From Candidatus Methylomirabilia bacterium (GTDB lineage: Bacteria > Methylomirabilota > Methylomirabilia > Rokubacteriales > CSP1-6), in contig JBGQHJ010000070.1 of NCBI GenBank assembly GCA_041497895.1, forward strand, positions 1 through 24,628: a stretch of 24,628 nt of DNA, given 5' to 3'. A model generated the notes under the pieces. The model worked only from the letters and a program-made list of their open reading frames with translations. It did not search any database and was not told where the DNA came from. Each line of letters starts with the position of its first letter. The first letter of the stretch is position 1. The position numbers and the translations under genes are program-made. Below are positions 20,597 to 24,628 of this stretch, one piece after another.

Positions 20597-21402
20597 CCGC
20601 GCCCGCCGGCCCGCCGGTCGCCCCGCGCCCCGCCGCCTCCGTCCTCCTCGTCCGCCCGGGGACGAGCTGTCCGGTCGAGGTCTACATGATCCGCCGCCAG
20701 AAGAGCATGCGCTTCCTCGGCGGGTTCTACGCGTTCCCCGGCGGCAAGGTCGAGCCGACCGACGGCAGCGATGCGGCCTTCGGGCGATGCCGCGGCGTCT
20801 CGACCGCGACCGCCCTCGCCGCGTTCCCCGCCTCCGACGGCCTGCCCCCGCTCGCGTTCTGGGTGACCGCCGCGCGCGAGCTGGTGGAAGAGACCGGGCT
20901 CCTGGTCGGCTGCGACGCCGACGGCCGCCCGGTGGACACGCGCGATCCCGTGGTCCGCGACCGGGTGGAGCGGGTGCGGCGCGCGCTGGCCGCCGAGGGC
21001 GCGGCGTTCCACGCGCTGCTCGAGGGGGAGGGCTGGCACCTCGATCTCGCGCCCTTCCGCTACCTCTCGCACTTCATCACGCCGCCGTCGAGCCCCATCC
21101 GCTTCACCGCGCGCTTCTTCCTGGCCCCGGTTCCCGCGGGGCAGGAGCCGCGCCTGCTGGGCGGCGAGGCCTCCGAGGGATTCTGGATCGATCCCGCCGA
21201 GGGCCACCGTCGCTTCCTCGCGGGCGAGATGCAGATGGCCGAGCCGGCGGACTGCGGGCTCCGCTACCTGGCCGGCTTCGACGACCTGGACGCGGTGTGG
21301 GACGCCCACACCGACGGGCGCCACAAGTTCCACGGCGTCACCGACCGCATCGAGGCCGCCGGCTTCTCCATCCCGCGCGGCAAGCGCTCCGGGCAGGGCT
21401 GA
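20593..21402 (+). CDS. Nudix hydrolase (NUDT19-like, split Nudix box)
   Basis: GTGA overlap with the kinase stop; PRPAASVLL, FPGGKVE...long insertion...AARELVEETG, HFITP....RFTARFF. Confidence 0.85.
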   Translation: MTAPAGPPVAPRPAASVLLVRPGTSCPVEVYMIRRQKSMRFLGGFYAFPGGKVEPTDGSDAAFGRCRGVSTATALAAFPASDGLPPLAFWVTAARELVEETGLLVGCDADGRPVDTRDPVVRDRVERVRRALAAEGAAFHALLEGEGWHLDLAPFRYLSHFITPPSSPIRFTARFFLAPVPAGQEPRLLGGEASEGFWIDPAEGHRRFLAGEMQMAEPADCGLRYLAGFDDLDAVWDAHTDGRHKFHGVTDRIEAAGFSIPRGKRSGQG

Positions 21403-21415
21403 GCCGGCCACCCAC

Positions 21416-22939
21416 ATGGACAACGCGGCCCCCCTCTTCGTCGACGCCCCCGTCGAGGAGGGCCACGGGGAGCACACCGCGCTCGTCACGCCGGCGGGCC
21501 GCGTCACCTACGCGGGGCTGCGGCGCCTCACCGATCGCGCCGCGCGGGCGCTGCGCGCCCTGGGCGTCGAGCCCGAGCAGCGCGTCGCGCTGCTCATGGC
21601 CGACGGCCCCGGCTGGGCCGCCACGTTCTTCGGAGCCCTCAAGCTCGGCGCGGTGGCGGTGCCGCTCAACACGCGCCTCGGCCGGGCCGACCTCCGCACC
21701 ATCCTCGGGGACTGCCGGCCCCGGGTGCTGGTGGCCGATCGGCCGCTGCTGGCGGCGGCCGGGATCGACGACGCCGCGGTCGGCGCGCACGCCGTGCTGG
21801 ACTTCGACACGCTGGTGCGCGACGCCCCGGACGGCCCGGTACCGGCGGAGCCGGTCGGCGCCGACGCGATGGCCTTCTGGCTCTACACGTCGGGGACGAC
21901 CGGGTCGCCGAAGGCGGCGGTGCACTGCCACCGGACGCTGCCCGCGTGCCGCCACTACCTGGACCTCGTCGGCGTGACCCCGGCCGACCGGGTGTTCGCC
22001 ACCTCGAAGCTGTTCTTCGCCTACGCGCTCGGCAACCTGCTCCTGATCCCGCTCTTCGCCCGGGCCGCCTCGTACCTCCATCCCGGCTGGCCGGACCCCG
22101 CCGCGGTGGCCACCGTGATGGGAGAGTTCGCCCCCACGATCTTCTTCTCGGTGCCCACCATCTACGCGCGCCTGCTCCGGGCGGACCTGCCTGCCGACAC
22201 GTTCCGCTCCGTGCGCTTCTGCGTCTCGGCGGGCGAGCGGCTGCCCGGCGAGGTCTACGACGCCTGGCGGGCGCGCTTCGGGGTCGAGATCCTTGACGGC
22301 ATCGGAGCGACCGAGACCGTCTTCATGGTGCTCTCCAACCGGCCGGGTCAGAGCCGCGCGGGCTCCTCCGGCGTGCCGGTGCCGGGTAGCGAGGCCCGTC
22401 TCCTCGACGCGGAAGGACGGCCGGTGGCCGACGGCGAGGAGGGCGTGCTCTGGGTCCGGACGCCCTCGCTGGCCGCGGCGTACTACAAGCGCCTCGACCA
22501 TTCCCGCCGGACCTTCGTGGGGGACTGGTTCCGGACCGGCGACGTCTACCGCCGCGAGGCCGACGGCCACCACGTGCACTGCGGGCGGGAGGACGACTTC
22601 TTCAAGGTGGCCGGGCAGTGGGTGTCCCCGGTCGAGGTGGAATCGGTGCTGCTCCGGCACCCGGAGGTCGTCGACGGCGGCGTGGTGGGCGCGCCCGAGG
22701 CGGGCGGGCTGATCAAGCCGTTCGCGTTCGTGGTGCCGCGCGACCCGGCCGGCTCGGTGGAGGCGCTGCGGGCCGACGTGCGGCGGTTCCTGGAGACGGC
22801 GCTGGCGCCGCACCAGCGGCCGCGGGAGATCCGGATCGTGAGCGAGCTGCCGCGCACCGCGACCGGAAAGCTCCAGCGCTTCCGCCTGCGCGAGCTGGCT
22901 GATAGCCCGCCCGCGCCCAATAAGCACACAAATCCGTAG
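21416..22939 (+). CDS. Benzoate-CoA ligase family acyl/aryl-CoA synthetase
   Basis: AFWLYTSGTTGSPK, KLFFAYALGN, FFSVPT, SAGE, ILDGIGATE, RTGD, KVAGQWVSP.EVE, LPRTATGKLQRF. Confidence 0.9.
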   Translation: MDNAAPLFVDAPVEEGHGEHTALVTPAGRVTYAGLRRLTDRAARALRALGVEPEQRVALLMADGPGWAATFFGALKLGAVAVPLNTRLGRADLRTILGDCRPRVLVADRPLLAAAGIDDAAVGAHAVLDFDTLVRDAPDGPVPAEPVGADAMAFWLYTSGTTGSPKAAVHCHRTLPACRHYLDLVGVTPADRVFATSKLFFAYALGNLLLIPLFARAASYLHPGWPDPAAVATVMGEFAPTIFFSVPTIYARLLRADLPADTFRSVRFCVSAGERLPGEVYDAWRARFGVEILDGIGATETVFMVLSNRPGQSRAGSSGVPVPGSEARLLDAEGRPVADGEEGVLWVRTPSLAAAYYKRLDHSRRTFVGDWFRTGDVYRREADGHHVHCGREDDFFKVAGQWVSPVEVESVLLRHPEVVDGGVVGAPEAGGLIKPFAFVVPRDPAGSVEALRADVRRFLETALAPHQRPREIRIVSELPRTATGKLQRFRLRELADSPPAPNKHTNP

Positions 22940-23014
22940 GTGCCCTCCCGCCCGCGCCCCTAGCCTACCTGTCAGAAGCGCCTGTCCTTTTCGTCGCGGA
23001 TCTGGAGGCCTGGC

Positions 23015-23374
23015 ATGCGGACGCTTGCTCGAATCGTCGCGCTGTTGCTCCTCGCCGGCTGCGCCACCACCACCGCCGAGCCAACCGCCGAGGCGAAGGA
23101 TCGAGCCGAGTGCAAGGAGTGGGGAAGACGCTTCGCCCAGGATCCGGGCCGCATGAAGGACGCGTGTCTCATCAGCCGAGGCTACAAGCAAAGCTACTCG
23201 ACCGTGCTGGCGGAGCTGTGGGTGCGGTCGACCGCTGAGCCGCGTCAGGCGGCCGAAGTCGTGGCGAACGATCTGAAGACGTGTGCGGATGCCACGGACC
23301 GCTGGAACAATGCAGGCTGGAAGCAGTTCGAAACGTGCATGACGCCTCGGGGCTATGCCGTCACGCTCAACTGA
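23015..23374 (+). CDS. Hypothetical lipoprotein with an internal two-Cys repeat
   Basis: GGAGG SD; signal peptide with lipobox LLAG|C; two C..C[LM]xxRGY units. Confidence 0.8.
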   Translation: MRTLARIVALLLLAGCATTTAEPTAEAKDRAECKEWGRRFAQDPGRMKDACLISRGYKQSYSTVLAELWVRSTAEPRQAAEVVANDLKTCADATDRWNNAGWKQFETCMTPRGYAVTLN

Positions 23375-23521
23375 CGCCCGAGAATCCGGCCGCCCTCCTC
23401 GGTAGCGGCGGGCCAACGTCGCGCCCGGCTCCCGCCGGGTTAGATGGTAGGATTGCGCGGGTCATGGCTGTCCTCCCCGAATCGTCGATGACGCGGCGGC
23501 CAGAGAGCGCCTCCCGGCCCC

Positions 23522-23950
23522 ATGGTGAGTAACGCGATCTCGGTGAAGGTGCGCTGGAGCGAGGCGGATCCGGCCGGCATCGTGTTCTACCCGCGTTTCT
23601 ACGAGTGGTTCGATCTCGGTACCGAGGCCCTCTTCGAGTCGCTCGGGCTGCCGTGGCCGGAGATGTTCCCGGCCGAGCGCATCGTCGGGGTGCCCATCGT
23701 GGAGTCGGGCGCGCGCTTCGCGTCTCCGGTACGCTACGGGGATCTGGTGCGGATCGAGACCGCGGTGCGCGAGGTGCGCGAGAAGACGTTCCGGGTCGAG
23801 CACGAGGTGTCGGTCGGCGAGCGGCGCTGCGCGACCGGCTTCGAGGTGCGGGCGTGGGTCGGCCTGCCCGAGCGTCCGGGCGGCCCGCTGGCGGCCCGGG
23901 CCATTCCGGCGGGCATCGTGGCCCGCCTCAAAGGAGGGCTCCGTCCATGA
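23522..23950 (+). CDS. Acyl-CoA thioesterase (4-hydroxybenzoyl-CoA thioesterase / hot-dog family)
   Basis: VRWSEADPAGIVFYPRFYEWFD, PIVES..RF.SP.RYGD. Confidence 0.9.
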   Translation: MVSNAISVKVRWSEADPAGIVFYPRFYEWFDLGTEALFESLGLPWPEMFPAERIVGVPIVESGARFASPVRYGDLVRIETAVREVREKTFRVEHEVSVGERRCATGFEVRAWVGLPERPGGPLAARAIPAGIVARLKGGLRP

Positions 23951-24348
23951 AGCCAGAAGTCGTGTTCACCAAGGCCGCGCCCAAGACCGGCTTCTCCGAG
24001 GGCACCGAGTCGCCGATCGCCCAGGGAGTCAAGTGCGGCGGCTTCCTGTTCGTGTCGGGGCAGGGGCCGCTCGACCCGGTGACGAAGACCATCGTGTCGC
24101 AGGACATCGCCGAGCAGACGCGTGTCACTCTCGACAACGTGAAGGCGGTCCTCGAGGCGGGCGGCACCTCCATCGCCAACGTGGTGCGCGTCGGCGTCTA
24201 CCTGCGGAACATGGACGACTTCGGCGTCTTCAATCGGGTGTTCAAGGAGTACTTCCAGGGCGTGCAGCCGGCCCGCACCACCGTCGAGGCCGCCCCGCCC
24301 CGGAAGGGCGTGAACGTCGAGATCGACGCCGTGGCCTGGGCCCCGTGA
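23947..24348 (+). CDS. RidA/YjgF/UK114 family protein
   Basis: ATGA overlap with the thioesterase; LFVSGQ.PLDP, EQT...L.N...VL, VYL..M.DF...N, PARTTV, VEIDAVA. Confidence 0.92.
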   Translation: MKPEVVFTKAAPKTGFSEGTESPIAQGVKCGGFLFVSGQGPLDPVTKTIVSQDIAEQTRVTLDNVKAVLEAGGTSIANVVRVGVYLRNMDDFGVFNRVFKEYFQGVQPARTTVEAAPPRKGVNVEIDAVAWAP

Positions 24349-24403
24349 GCGTGGGCCCGGATCTCGCCGCGAGCAGGCTCGCGACGGATGTCCGCCGACG
24401 GGC

Positions 24404-24523
24404 GAGAACGAGTGTCCGCGGCCTGGGGAGAACGAGTGTCCGCGGCCTGGGAAGAACGAGTGTCCGCGGCCTGGGGAGAACGAGTGTCCGCGGCCTGGGG
24501 AGAACGAGCGTCCGCGGCCTGGG
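24404..24523. repeat. Tandem repeat, 5 x 24 bp (GAGAACGAGTGTCCGCGGCCTGGG)
   Basis: Units start at 24404, 24428, 24452, 24476 and 24500; unit 3 has G>A at position 1 and unit 5 has one T>C; no spacers. Confidence 0.97.
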
Positions 24524-24527
24524 GGAG

Positions 24528-24554
24528 TGCGGGGGCCATTTCCGGGCCCCCGCA
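24528..24554. repeat. GC-rich inverted repeat (REP-like hairpin)
   Basis: TGCGGGGGCC-ATTTCCG-GGCCCCCGCA, a perfect 10-bp stem; no U-tract on the plus strand. Confidence 0.8.
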
Positions 24555-24610
24555 GATGAAGAGCCTGAAGAAGTAAGCGAGCGTGCGCGGAGCGGAGAGG
24601 AGATTGGCCC

Positions 24611-24628
24611 ATGAGCCCACTAGCTGGC
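24611..24628 (+). CDS. Start of a downstream gene (MSPLAG...), truncated by the window end
   Basis: GAGGAG SD upstream of ATG 24611; only 6 codons visible. Confidence 0.5.

Noticed and set aside
19297..21402. 701-aa ORF with a C-terminal Nudix domain
   Set aside because: The first 432 codons are an off-frame reading of the kinase gene. The Nudix gene starts at GTG 20593.
16724..23416. Long minus-strand ORFs opposite the CoA cluster (e.g. 16724-18229, 19232-20491, 21338-23416)
   Set aside because: Antisense shadows of recognisable plus-strand genes.
23605..24348. 247-aa extended RidA
   Set aside because: The extension is off-frame over the thioesterase. ATG 23947 follows AAGGAGG and overlaps the thioesterase stop.
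24404..24523. CRISPR array
   Set aside because: The repeats are directly adjacent with no unique spacers, and there are no cas genes in the window.
24528..24554. Rho-independent terminator
   Set aside because: The stem is strong, but no U-tract follows on the plus strand, so it is treated as a REP-like hairpin.

Overview
High-GC bacterial chromosomal window, almost fully coding. The gene style resembles Ca. Rokubacteria/Methylomirabilota-type genomes, but this is an impression only. Minus strand, 1-16757, in transcription order: an M20 amidohydrolase; an A1-type caa3 cytochrome c oxidase operon (a small membrane ORF, then ctaC-D-E-F, ctaG, ctaA, ctaB); a nucleotide-sugar cluster (ugd, UDP-glucuronate decarboxylase, epimerase, a Trm112-family gene missing from the ORF track, NDP-sugar pyrophosphorylase); then lepA-lepB-hemW-hrcA (hrcA partial). 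Plus strand, 16913-end, is a CoA/aromatic-acid metabolism region: a paired acyl-CoA dehydrogenase, a sensorless hybrid histidine kinase with degenerate ATP-lid motifs, a NUDT19-like Nudix hydrolase, a benzoate-CoA-ligase-family enzyme, a Cys-repeat lipoprotein, a thioesterase and a RidA-family protein. These are followed by a 24-bp tandem repeat flanked by hairpins and the start of another gene. The most unusual items are a stand-alone COX2-transmembrane-like protein heading the oxidase operon, the degenerate kinase inside the CoA cluster, the repeat/hairpin element, and several -10 boxes lying just upstream of start codons. No mobile element, CRISPR array, rRNA or tRNA was seen.
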